NCBI GenBank assembly: GCA_934643865.1
Contig: CAKUCX010000002.1
Span: 2,587 to 66,586, forward strand
Direction of reading: 5' to 3'
Source: an uncultured Kiritimatiellota bacterium
Lineage (GTDB): Bacteria; Verrucomicrobiota; Kiritimatiellia; RFP12; UBA1067
DNA: 64,000 nt
Under the pieces are notes generated by a model. It saw only the letters and a program-made list of their open reading frames with translations. It was not told the origin of the DNA and ran no database searches. A program made the position numbers and the translations under genes. Within the stretch, counting starts at the first letter, position 1. Each line of letters opens with the position of its first letter. Shown here one piece after another: positions 37,078 to 48,176 of the stretch.

Positions 37078-38594
37078 AGATGAACGGCATGAAGACGATG
37101 GTGGCGGGATGCGCCCTGCTCGCGGGCGCGTGGATGTCGGCGGCGGGGGCGTCCGCGCAGGGGCCGGCCTACAGGCCGGTGCCGCCGGAGCGCCTCCACA
37201 AGCAGGAGAAGCCGTCCGTCGTCTGGCGGCAGTTCTGCTGGCTTGAGAGCGGCCTCGCCCCCCTCGGGCGCCTTGCGACGCGCACCACGTTCGACATCCC
37301 CTCGTCGACCTGGTCGATCGGCTGCGAGACGATGGACCGCGACTACGCCGTCTGGGACGCCTACAAGGACTACCTGCCCTATCTCGGCGCGAAGCGCGGC
37401 CGCCTCCTCAGCGGCTGGGCGAAGACGGAGCGGGAGAAGGGCGTCTACGACTTCGCCTGGCTCGACGTGCAGGTGCGCGAGATGGCGGCGATGGGCATGA
37501 AGCCCTGGATCTGCCTCTCCTACGGCAACCCCGTGTGGGGAAGCGGGCGGCGCATCGGCCAGTCGCTGAAGCTCATCACGGACCGCCCCGAGGCGTTCGA
37601 GGCGTGGCTGCGCTACTGCGCGGCGTGCGTCGCGCGTTACAAGGACGTCGTCGACGAGTGGGAGATCTGGAACGAGCCCTTCAAGGAACCGCACGCCTAC
37701 GCCGAGCTCTTCTACCGCACCGCGAAGGCCGTCCGCGCCGTGCAGCCGCACGCGAAGTGCTACGTGACGTCGCTGGGGATGGAGGTGGCGAAGGAGGGGC
37801 AGGCGCCCGTCGAGGGCCCCTACGGGATCGTGCTCGAAAAGCTCAGGCGGGAGAACGCGCTTGACCTCGCGAGCCTCTTCATCTACCACCCCTACACGCC
37901 GAACCCCGACACGTCCTACGAGACGTTCGCGGAGCCGCTGCGCGCGCTCGTGAAGAGCTATTCGCCGGCCTTCGACATCTTCCAGGGCGAGGTGGGCTGC
38001 CCGTCGCAGCTCGAATACGATCACGCGATCCACAGCATCGGGTGGACGGAGTACTCCCAGGCGAAGTGGAACCTCCGCCGCACGGTCGGCGACGCGGTGC
38101 GCGGCATCCCGTCGAGCGTGTTCACCTGCGTCGACCTCCAGTACCCGAACATGCTCCAGAGCTTCGGCCTCCTGCGCTGCAACCTCCTCAAGAAGGTCGT
38201 CTACCGCCGCCCGAACTTCTACGCGATGCAGCACGTCTTCTCCTACTTCGACGCGGACGTCCGCCCCGTCGGCGTCTCGAAGCAGCTTGTGAACGGGAAG
38301 GAGCTGACGGTGGCGACGTTCGAGCGGCAGTCGCAGCGGGTCTACGCGCTGTGGTTCTCGGGGGCGCGTCCGGGCGACGCGATGGCCTACGAGCGCGGCG
38401 ACGTCGCGCTAGAGGGCTTCGCGGCCGCCCGGCCCGCGTGGGCGGACCTCCTCACGGGCAAGGTCTGCGCCTTCCCGAAGGGGAACGTCGCGGAGCGGCC
38501 CGGCGCGCGGACGGTGCTGAAGGACGTGCCGCTCTGGGATTCGCCCGTCCTGCTCGCCGACGGCGCGGCGATCCCGCTTGGGGGCGCCGAATGA
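37074..38594 (+). CDS. Secreted clan GH-A glycoside hydrolase (GH5/GH39-like).
   Basis: Signal peptide MKMNGMKTMVAGCALLAGAWMSAAGASA. Catalytic-type block WEIWNEPF (NEP acid/base motif). ATG overlaps the upstream stop (ATGA). Confidence 0.6.
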   Translation: MKMNGMKTMVAGCALLAGAWMSAAGASAQGPAYRPVPPERLHKQEKPSVVWRQFCWLESGLAPLGRLATRTTFDIPSSTWSIGCETMDRDYAVWDAYKDYLPYLGAKRGRLLSGWAKTEREKGVYDFAWLDVQVREMAAMGMKPWICLSYGNPVWGSGRRIGQSLKLITDRPEAFEAWLRYCAACVARYKDVVDEWEIWNEPFKEPHAYAELFYRTAKAVRAVQPHAKCYVTSLGMEVAKEGQAPVEGPYGIVLEKLRRENALDLASLFIYHPYTPNPDTSYETFAEPLRALVKSYSPAFDIFQGEVGCPSQLEYDHAIHSIGWTEYSQAKWNLRRTVGDAVRGIPSSVFTCVDLQYPNMLQSFGLLRCNLLKKVVYRRPNFYAMQHVFSYFDADVRPVGVSKQLVNGKELTVATFERQSQRVYALWFSGARPGDAMAYERGDVALEGFAAARPAWADLLTGKVCAFPKGNVAERPGARTVLKDVPLWDSPVLLADGAAIPLGGAE

Positions 38595-38625
38595 ACGCAA
38601 GGTTAAAGACGGGAAGGGTCGGCAC

Positions 38626-41457
38626 ATGAAGACGAAGGCGAAAATGGCTGCGGCGGGCCTTGCCCTGCTCGCGGGCGCGTGGGCGCGGGCGGCGACCCTG
38701 CACGTGGAGGCGGAAAGCTTCGCGACGCTCGGCGGGTGGACGGTCGAGACGCAGTCCATTCGCCAGGAGGGGTCGAGCTATCTGATGGCCCACGGGTACG
38801 GCGTGCCCGTGGCGGACGCCGAGACGACGGTGCAGATCCCGTCGGACGGCACCTACGCCGTCTGGGCGCGGACGCGCAACTGGAACGCGCCCTGGACGGG
38901 CGGCGCGGCCGGCCGCTTCCAGGTCGTCTTGCGCGGGGCGGGGACACCCGCGTGGACGAGCGCGGAACTGGGGACGGAGGGGGCGGACTGGCACTGGCAG
39001 CGCGCCGGCGAGGCGGCGCTCAAGGCGGGGGCCTGCCGCGTCGTCCTCCACGACCGCACGGGCTTCAACGGCCGCTGCGACGCGCTCTTCTTCGCCTCCG
39101 CCGGGGAGCGACCGCCCGCGCGCACGCCGCTGGGCGTCGTCCGCGACGACCCGAAGGAATGGGGCCTCGTCGTCGTGGGCGGCGGCTTCGCGGGGTGCTG
39201 CACGGCGCTCGCCGCCGCGCGCGAGGGCGTGCCGACCCTCCTGCTGCAGGACCGCGAGGTGCTGGGCGGCTGCAATTCGAGCGAGGTGCGCGTGGGCCTC
39301 GGCGGACGCATCCACGCCGGGCCCTACCCGAAGCTCGGCGAGGTCGTCGCCGAGATCCAGCCGCTCTTCGGCGGGGGGCGTCCGCTCGACAAGCGCTTCT
39401 ACGAGGACGACCGCAAGGACACGGCCTTCCTCATCCCCACGCTCTGGCGCGGCGTCGCCGGCGTCGCCCCCGCGCGCCGCTACCGCCAGCACGTCTTCGC
39501 CGTCGAGATGGACCCCGTGCAGACGAACCGCATCGCCGCCGTCCTCGCCCGCGACACGCGCTCGGGCGCGGTGACGCGCGTCAGGGCGCGCCTCTTCTGC
39601 GACGCGACGGGCGACGCCATCGTCTCGCGCCTCGCCGGCTGCGAGACGATGTACGGGCGCGAGGCGCGGGCGCGCTTCAACGAGATCAGCGCCCCCGTCG
39701 CCGCCGACCGCCGCGTGATGGGCATGAGCGTGCAGTGGCTGACCGAATGGCGGAAGGAGAAGGCGCCGTTCCCGGACATCTCGGAATGGACGCTGCCGAT
39801 CGACGAGACGACGGGCTACTACCAGACGTCCGGCTCGTGGGAACAGGAGTCCGGCTTCTATCATGACATGGCGGACGAGACGGAACGCATCCGCGACTAC
39901 GCGCTTCTCGCGATCTTCTCGAACTGGCACTGGCTCAAGAACCGTTCCGCCCGCCGCGCGAACTACGCCAACGTCGCGTTCTCGTGGATCTCCCCCATCG
40001 GCGGCAAGCGCGAGAGCCACCGCACCGTGGGCGCGTACGTCCTCAACCAGAACGACCTCGAAAACCACGTCGCCCACCCCGACGGCACGGCGGCGGTCAC
40101 GTGGGACATCGACCTCCATTTCCCCGACCCGGAGAACGCGCGGAAGTTCAAGGAGCCGTTCCGCAGCGCGGCCTACCATCGCGGCTTCGGCGCGGACTAC
40201 CCGGTGCCCTACCGCTGCCTCTACGCCCGCGACTGCCGGAACCTCTTCCTCGCCGGGCGCGACATCAGCTGCTCGCACGTCGCGTTCGCCGCCGTGCGCG
40301 TCCAGCGGACGCTCGGGATGCTGGGCGAGGTCGTGGGCCTTGCGGCGGGCATCTGCCACCGCCGCGCGTGCCTGCCGGCGGACGTCTCCGCGACGGGGCT
40401 CGACGAGCTGAAGGCCGCGATGGCGCGCGGCGTCACGCCGCTCCCGCAGTTCCACGGCTACCACAACGGCATGGGCGAGAAGTACGACTTCAACCGGCGC
40501 GGCTGGGCGCACGTCTATCCCCAGGGGCGCACGAACAACCTGCCGGACGCCCTCGCGGCGGACATCCGGGGGCTTGGCTTCATCCACCGGAACGAACACC
40601 CCGCGCTCGCGGACCGCCGCCGCCGCCTCGTCCTCGTGGACGAATCGCGCGCGCGCCTCCACTCCTACGATTCAGCCGACCCGTCCGCCGGCTTCGCCGT
40701 CCCGATCCGCAAGCCCGGCTGGGACCTGAAGGCCGTGGGCGGCACGCGCTACCGCACCGTCTGCCGGGGCGGCTTCCAGGTCACGGACCTCGCGGCGCGG
40801 AAGGTCGTGGACACCTTCGACTTCCCGATCTTCCACTCCGCCGAACCGACCGCCTGCTGCGACCTCCCGGACGGCGGGTTCGTGTTCTCGGTCAACCCCG
40901 TCGGCCCCGACAAGGGGAAGGCCATCCACTTCTGCGTCTTCTCGCCGGACCGCACGATGACCCGCATCATCCGCCTGCGCGGGTTCGTGAACGCGCGCTC
41001 CTTCGCGCCCGGACGGGACGGCGAATGGCTCGTCGCCCACGAACACGGCTTCGCGCGCGTGTACTTCCCGGACGAGGGACGGGACGTCGCGGCGGTCCTC
41101 GTGAAGGACTACCCGCAGCCGGCCGGCCGCAACTCCTTCGACGTGCGCCCCGCCGCGCACGGGACGGGCTTCTGGACGACGACGGGCTACGGCGCGGAGC
41201 TGCTGCGCGTCGCGGCGGACGGGACGGTCGTCCGGCGCATCCGCGCCGAACAGGGCGGGAAGGCGAACGTCTTCTACGCCCAGCTCACGGAGCGCGCGGA
41301 CGGCAACGTCTACGTGGCGAACTGGACGGGGCACGGGGCGCAGGACTCGTATCGCGGCTGGCAGGTCGTCGAGTTCGCGCCGTCCGGCGAGGTCGTCTGG
41401 CGGCTTGATTCGCCGGAGCGGTATGGATCCATCTCGGGCGTCCTGGAAATCGAGTGA
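38626..41457 (+). CDS. Large secreted FAD-dependent oxidoreductase-domain protein.
   Basis: Signal peptide MKTKAKMAAAGLALLAGAWARA. Dinucleotide-binding GG motif GLVVVGGGFAGCCTALAAAREGVPTLLLQD. Confidence 0.6.
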   Translation: MKTKAKMAAAGLALLAGAWARAATLHVEAESFATLGGWTVETQSIRQEGSSYLMAHGYGVPVADAETTVQIPSDGTYAVWARTRNWNAPWTGGAAGRFQVVLRGAGTPAWTSAELGTEGADWHWQRAGEAALKAGACRVVLHDRTGFNGRCDALFFASAGERPPARTPLGVVRDDPKEWGLVVVGGGFAGCCTALAAAREGVPTLLLQDREVLGGCNSSEVRVGLGGRIHAGPYPKLGEVVAEIQPLFGGGRPLDKRFYEDDRKDTAFLIPTLWRGVAGVAPARRYRQHVFAVEMDPVQTNRIAAVLARDTRSGAVTRVRARLFCDATGDAIVSRLAGCETMYGREARARFNEISAPVAADRRVMGMSVQWLTEWRKEKAPFPDISEWTLPIDETTGYYQTSGSWEQESGFYHDMADETERIRDYALLAIFSNWHWLKNRSARRANYANVAFSWISPIGGKRESHRTVGAYVLNQNDLENHVAHPDGTAAVTWDIDLHFPDPENARKFKEPFRSAAYHRGFGADYPVPYRCLYARDCRNLFLAGRDISCSHVAFAAVRVQRTLGMLGEVVGLAAGICHRRACLPADVSATGLDELKAAMARGVTPLPQFHGYHNGMGEKYDFNRRGWAHVYPQGRTNNLPDALAADIRGLGFIHRNEHPALADRRRRLVLVDESRARLHSYDSADPSAGFAVPIRKPGWDLKAVGGTRYRTVCRGGFQVTDLAARKVVDTFDFPIFHSAEPTACCDLPDGGFVFSVNPVGPDKGKAIHFCVFSPDRTMTRIIRLRGFVNARSFAPGRDGEWLVAHEHGFARVYFPDEGRDVAAVLVKDYPQPAGRNSFDVRPAAHGTGFWTTTGYGAELLRVAADGTVVRRIRAEQGGKANVFYAQLTERADGNVYVANWTGHGAQDSYRGWQVVEFAPSGEVVWRLDSPERYGSISGVLEIE

Positions 41458-41468
41458 GGGAACGAGGC

Positions 41469-42317
41469 ATGAAGAACATGATGCGGCGGGCCGTTCTGGT
41501 CCTGGGCGTCTGCGTGGCGGGCGCGGCGGCGGGAGAGGCGACGAATCTCGTCGAGCAGGTGCGCGACTGGGTGGCCGTGAGCGCCTTCGCGGACGTGGAG
41601 AGCGCCTACTGGGCGCGCGGCAAGATCGTGGACGCGCGGCCCTACTCGGCCCAGTTCGCGGACGTCGACCTCAAGCTCGGCGCGTTCGGGCGCGTGGGCG
41701 CGCAGGCGTGGAGCGTCAGCTCGCTTTCGACGGGCGGGCAGTCCGCCCGGCGCCGGAACGCCTACAACGAGGTGGACTGGAACCTCCACTACGAATACGA
41801 GTGGGCGTTCGCGGAGGACTGGTCGCTCTGGAACCGCGTGGCGCGGCAGTGGGTCACGTTGCCGGGCTACTTCCCGGACTGCAAGACGACGCTCGAATGG
41901 CACGTCGCCCAGGCGCTCCGCAACCCCTACCTGACGCCCTACTACCTGCTGCGCCACGCCACGGCGCCCGAACGGTGGAACTACTGGGAGATCGGGGCCT
42001 ACCGCACGTTTGCCCTCGCGAAGGACCTGTCGCTCACGGCCAAGCTCTTCGGCGACTGCGGCGACGCGGACCACTTCCGCTCGCAGTACGGCCCGCGCGT
42101 CGGCCGCCCGAACGCGCGCTACCACGGCGGCCTGATGGCGCTGAACCTCGTCCTGCGCCTCGACTACGCGCTCACGGAGAACTGGAGCCTCTTCACCTAC
42201 GTGCAGCAGTTCGACATCGTGGACGCCGACGCCCGCGAGGCCGTCAAGGCGTCGCCGGCCCCCGAGGCGAAGCGCGACCTCACGCTCTTCGGCGTGGGCA
42301 TGGCGCTCGCGTTCTGA
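41469..42317 (+). CDS. Outer-membrane beta-barrel (porin-like) protein.
   Basis: Signal peptide MKNMMRRAVLVLGVCVAGAAAG. Alternating amphipathic strands. C-terminal ...LTLFGVGMALAF ends in Phe, as is typical of OMPs. Confidence 0.5.
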   Translation: MKNMMRRAVLVLGVCVAGAAAGEATNLVEQVRDWVAVSAFADVESAYWARGKIVDARPYSAQFADVDLKLGAFGRVGAQAWSVSSLSTGGQSARRRNAYNEVDWNLHYEYEWAFAEDWSLWNRVARQWVTLPGYFPDCKTTLEWHVAQALRNPYLTPYYLLRHATAPERWNYWEIGAYRTFALAKDLSLTAKLFGDCGDADHFRSQYGPRVGRPNARYHGGLMALNLVLRLDYALTENWSLFTYVQQFDIVDADAREAVKASPAPEAKRDLTLFGVGMALAF

Positions 42318-42362
42318 CGCGCCCGGGAAAAGAAGCAAAAACGAAGGAGAAAGGGAAGAAGG

Positions 42363-44666
42363 ATGAATACACGGATGCATCGGCTCTTGGCGGGCCTTCT
42401 CGGCGCCGCGCTCTGCCTCGGCGGGGGCGTCGTGCCGGCGGCGGGCGCCTCGGACCCCCTGCGGGGTGTCCTGTGCGGGAAGGGCGACGCGATCCCGGAC
42501 GGCTACGTGCCGCCAATCCTCGCGAACGGCAACATCTCGATGACGCTCGACTGGATGTGCGGCATGCGCGAACACAAGCGGGTGAAGCGCGAGGGGATGG
42601 CGGGTGTCTTCCTCGCCGGGCGACGCCACTCGGCCCCCTGGTGGAACCTCTTCAACTTCGCGCGCCTCGCCTCGCCGCTCCAGGTCGACGGCGTGGAGAT
42701 GGGCTACCCCGACACGTGGGAGCAGACGCTTGACACGGCGCAGGGCCTGCAGCGCTTCGTCCACCGCTACGCGAACGGCGTGGAGGTGTCCACGGAGGCG
42801 TTCGTGATGTTTGCGCGCGACGTCGTCGTCTTCCGGCGCGAGGTGCGAAACGCGGGCGCGGCGCGGCGGCGCATCGCCGTGCGCCTCGACGTGGACGTGC
42901 CGGAGGACCCGCAGCTGCAGGGCGCGTGGCAGACGGTCGGCGGCGACGCCCAGCGGCGCGTGCGCTTCGACTACAAGTGCCTGACCGAGTGGCTGTTCGG
43001 GAGCGCCGGCGCGACGACGCTGTGGGGGCGTGCCGAGCGCGGCACGTGTACGTATGCGCACTCCAACCGCTTCGCGCGGGCCGAGGCCGCCTTCTCGCTC
43101 GGGCCGGGCGAGGCCACGCGCGTGGACGTCCTCGTCGGTTTCATGAACTGGAGCGGCACGTTCCCCTGGCAGGCGCAGAGCCGCCCGTTCCCCGCCGACA
43201 CGATCTGCACGGCCGCGAAGGCCCCGGGGCTCGCGGGCGTGGACGCCCTGCGGCGGGAACACGTGAAGGGCTGGGGCGACTACTACGCCGAGGGGTACGT
43301 GCGCGTGCCGGATCCCCGGCTTCAGCGCCTCGTGGACGTGGCGAACTACCATGTGCGCTGCGACCGCACGCACTGGAGCTTCCCCGTCGGCATCTTCCCG
43401 TCGCACTGGAACGGGCGCTACTTCGGCTTCGACGAGATGTACATCCACCAGGGCATGATCTCGGCGGGCCATCTCGCCGACGCGCGGCGCTGCCCTGACT
43501 TCCGCTTCAGGACGCTGCCCGACGCCGAGCGGCGCGTGGGTCACTACGGGCGCAACGGCGGGCGCGACGGCGCGCAGTGGATGTGGGAGTCCGTGGAGAC
43601 GGGCAACACGGAAGGCTGCCCCGTCGGCTTCTGGCAGCAGCACTACTTCCACATGGCCGCGATCTGCCGCACGGCGTGGACGCAGTACCTCTACGAGGAC
43701 GATCTCGCCTGGCTGCGGGAGCGGGGCTACCCCGTCATCACGGGCTGCGCGCGCTTCTTCTCGAAGAACATGATCTACCGCGACTCGAACGGGTCGATCT
43801 ACCTCGGGAAATGCACCGACCTGGAGCGCCTGGGGCCGTCGCGCGAGAACGCCTACATGACGACGGTCGGGGCGATGTACGCGATGCAGTCCTTCGCGGC
43901 GGCGTCCGACGTCCTGAAGACGAACGCGGTGGAGGCGGCGGAGATGCGGCGTCTCGCGGAGGGCCTGCGCGCCTCGCTGCCCGTCGACGGCGCGCGCTTC
44001 GTCGGCTACAGGGGATGCAAGGAGGAGACGGTCGCGACGCTCGCGGGCGGCTTCCCGTTCCCCGTCTTCGGCCGCCACGACGCGATGCACGCCCGCACGT
44101 GCCGCCACTTCATCACGAAGGGGACGAAGACGGGCGGGAACATGTACCCGATGGGCTCGCACGTCTGCCCGTGGTACGCGGGCAAGATGGCCCTTTCGAT
44201 GATCTGGCTCGCCGACGACGTGGAGCCCTACCGCTGGATGAAGGACGCCGCGCAGGCGATCGGGCATTTCGGCGAGACGTTCGAGATCAACGAGCCGGGG
44301 CTGCGCCACACGCCGTGGTTCACGACGGGGGCCGGCACCTGCCTGTTCGCCGTGAACCAGATGCTCCTGTGCGACGCGGAGGGCGAGCTGTGGCTTGGCA
44401 TGGGCGTGCCGAAGGACTGGACGGACTACGCCTTCCGCCTGCCGGCCTACGGCGGGCTGTGCGTGGAGGCGCGGGTCGCCGGAGGCCGTCTGACGGCGCT
44501 CGCGGTCACGCCCCGCCACCCCCGGGCGGAGCGGACGGTGCGCCTGCGCCTGCGCGAGAAGCTGCTCGGCGCGTGTCCCCTGGAGGGGCCGGGATGCCGC
44601 CTGCTGGCGCGCGCGGGCGGCGAGGCCCTGTTCGAGATCCGGCCGGAAGGCGGCTGGTCCCGCTGA
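42363..44666 (+). CDS. Large secreted protein (767 aa), possibly an (alpha/alpha)6-barrel glycoside hydrolase.
   Basis: Signal peptide MNTRMHRLLAGLLGAALCLGGG. Coherent codon usage across the ORF. The overlapping 1617-aa minus-strand ORF is an artefact. Confidence 0.45.
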   Translation: MNTRMHRLLAGLLGAALCLGGGVVPAAGASDPLRGVLCGKGDAIPDGYVPPILANGNISMTLDWMCGMREHKRVKREGMAGVFLAGRRHSAPWWNLFNFARLASPLQVDGVEMGYPDTWEQTLDTAQGLQRFVHRYANGVEVSTEAFVMFARDVVVFRREVRNAGAARRRIAVRLDVDVPEDPQLQGAWQTVGGDAQRRVRFDYKCLTEWLFGSAGATTLWGRAERGTCTYAHSNRFARAEAAFSLGPGEATRVDVLVGFMNWSGTFPWQAQSRPFPADTICTAAKAPGLAGVDALRREHVKGWGDYYAEGYVRVPDPRLQRLVDVANYHVRCDRTHWSFPVGIFPSHWNGRYFGFDEMYIHQGMISAGHLADARRCPDFRFRTLPDAERRVGHYGRNGGRDGAQWMWESVETGNTEGCPVGFWQQHYFHMAAICRTAWTQYLYEDDLAWLRERGYPVITGCARFFSKNMIYRDSNGSIYLGKCTDLERLGPSRENAYMTTVGAMYAMQSFAAASDVLKTNAVEAAEMRRLAEGLRASLPVDGARFVGYRGCKEETVATLAGGFPFPVFGRHDAMHARTCRHFITKGTKTGGNMYPMGSHVCPWYAGKMALSMIWLADDVEPYRWMKDAAQAIGHFGETFEINEPGLRHTPWFTTGAGTCLFAVNQMLLCDAEGELWLGMGVPKDWTDYAFRLPAYGGLCVEARVAGGRLTALAVTPRHPRAERTVRLRLREKLLGACPLEGPGCRLLARAGGEALFEIRPEGGWSR

Positions 44667-44774
44667 ACGCCGCCGCGTGAACAAGAACGCGAACGAGAAC
44701 AAGGAGGCGACGAGGATGGACATCAAGAAAAGGCAAGTCGGCATGGGCAGGAGTTCCAAGATGGAGGACAGAAG

Positions 44775-46439
44775 ATGATGATGCATGGACAGGCTGGCCG
44801 GACGACCCGGCGGGCGTTTCTGGGCGGATGCGCCGGTTTCGGCGGCCTTGCCGCGCTGGGCGGGTGCGCGGGGCTGCGTGCGGACCGCTGCGCCCCGTCG
44901 GCGCCGCCGAACTACTGGTGTACGTGGGCGACGCAGGCGCGCCTCGTCGACGCGAACGTGAAGAGCGGGGTGCTGACGGTGCCGGGCGACCAGGGGCTTC
45001 CCGGCGTGCGGGACAACCTGACGGAGGCGGTGCTCTTCGGCAAGGACGGCTGGGCGCATACGCAGTATCCGTCTGTGCGCGGGAACCTGTACCTTGTCCT
45101 GGACGACGGCTGGGACGTGCCGTTCGGCTGCGCCCCCGGAAAGGACATCGGCGCCTTCGCCTCCTGCGTACTCGACGCGCGGCGGTTTCCGTCCTTCACC
45201 GGCACGCCGGCCGCGCGCCTGCGCGCGCTGGACGCGCGCATCCGCGCCTGCGGCTGGCGCGGCACGGGCCTGTGGATCGCCTGCCAGGCCTTCGGGGAGA
45301 ACGGGCGGAACAAGTTCCCGGAAGAACGGCTGCGCGAGGAGCTGAAGCGCAAGCTCGCGGCGAGCGCCGAGGCGGGCGTCGCCTACTGGAAGGTCGATTG
45401 GGGCGTGCGGGGCGGCGAGATCGCCTACCGCCGGATGATGAGCGAGCTGCGCGCCGCCTATGCGCCCGGCCTCCAGATCGAGCACTGCTGCCCGCCGGAC
45501 GTTCCGCTCAACGGCGTCTCGTTCGGGAAGGGGACGTCCGTCTCCGGCACGGGCCGCCTCCTCGGCGACCCGGCGTTCGAGACGCGCCTGCGCGCGCGGA
45601 CGGAGGACGTCCTCGCGTTCAGCGACGTCTTCCGCATCTACGACACGATCACGCCGATCAACAACGCGACCGACCTCGAACGCGCCGCCGTCTACGGACA
45701 GATGGCCGAGCGCGTCGGCTCGCGCGCGTTCATCAACGTGGAGGACAACGTCTACATCGCCGCGTGCCTCGGGCACACGGCGGGCGTGATGCGCTCGCCC
45801 TCCTGGCCGAAGCCCGACGTGGAGGATCCCGTCTACCGGCGCGACCGCGCGGCGGAGGTGACGCGGGCGGTGGCGTGGCAGCGCACGGCGCCGGCCTTCA
45901 CGGCGCAGAGCGGGCTCAGGACGTTGACGTCCGAGGCCGTGCTGACGGACCGCTGGCTGTTCGCGCCCGGCTGCACGTGGTGGACGCCGGTCTTCGGGCG
46001 CACGATCGAGCAGCGCGCGCCGGCCGTCGTGGCGCGCGGCCTGCCCCTGCCGACCGTCGCGCCGCAGGGGGGCGACGTGCCCTTTGTCCTCGCTTCGCGC
46101 AATCCGAACGGCGCCCTGACGGTTGGCGCGTTGCCGCGCCTCTCGGTCGAGAAGGGCTTCCACACGCCGTTGGCCTCCGTTGCGCTCGACGCGGATCTGG
46201 CGCCGGACGTGCCGCTTGCCGTCTTCGGCACGTTCGCGTCCGTGTCCGTGCGCATCCCGCCGTCGTGTCCGCGCCGCGTCTACGCCTGCGATCTGGCGGA
46301 CGGAAGGGAGCGGGATGTCACGGGGTGCTGCCGCTTTGACGGGGGCCGCCTCGTCATCGACGGCGAGGCGTTCCGCCTGCCGCCGCGCGCGGCGGGCGAC
46401 CGGTCACTCCCCGGCGTCCGGCTGACGCTCGGCGCGTGA
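44775..46439 (+). CDS. TAT-exported glycoside-hydrolase-like protein (GH27/GH36-type DDGW block).
   Basis: TRRAFLGGCAGFGGLAALGGCAG (TAT signal). YLVLDDGWDVPFGC. Confidence 0.5.
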   Translation: MMMHGQAGRTTRRAFLGGCAGFGGLAALGGCAGLRADRCAPSAPPNYWCTWATQARLVDANVKSGVLTVPGDQGLPGVRDNLTEAVLFGKDGWAHTQYPSVRGNLYLVLDDGWDVPFGCAPGKDIGAFASCVLDARRFPSFTGTPAARLRALDARIRACGWRGTGLWIACQAFGENGRNKFPEERLREELKRKLAASAEAGVAYWKVDWGVRGGEIAYRRMMSELRAAYAPGLQIEHCCPPDVPLNGVSFGKGTSVSGTGRLLGDPAFETRLRARTEDVLAFSDVFRIYDTITPINNATDLERAAVYGQMAERVGSRAFINVEDNVYIAACLGHTAGVMRSPSWPKPDVEDPVYRRDRAAEVTRAVAWQRTAPAFTAQSGLRTLTSEAVLTDRWLFAPGCTWWTPVFGRTIEQRAPAVVARGLPLPTVAPQGGDVPFVLASRNPNGALTVGALPRLSVEKGFHTPLASVALDADLAPDVPLAVFGTFASVSVRIPPSCPRRVYACDLADGRERDVTGCCRFDGGRLVIDGEAFRLPPRAAGDRSLPGVRLTLGA

Positions 46440-46638
46440 GAGGCGCGCCGCCTCCGCCCCGGCCCGGCGCGTGCCGACCTGTCACGTTTTCTTGACGGAT
46501 TCGTGGCGCTTCTTTGCAGATCGCGCGAACGGTCACGGATTTTTGACTTTTCTAGGGCTGTTGTCCTTGCCACTCTTCTGCTATTCTTTCCATGTGGCGC
46601 GGCGTGCGCCGAAACAGAAAGGAAAGCGAGGAGAGCGG

Positions 46639-48174
<1,536 letters not shown>

Positions 48175-48176
48175 CG

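Noticed and set aside
41310-46163. 1617-aa ORF on the minus strand
   Set aside because: Arg/Ala/Gly/Pro-dominated translation with no recognisable motifs, exactly antisense to four well-formed + strand genes with signal peptides. This is the typical high-GC antisense ORF artefact.
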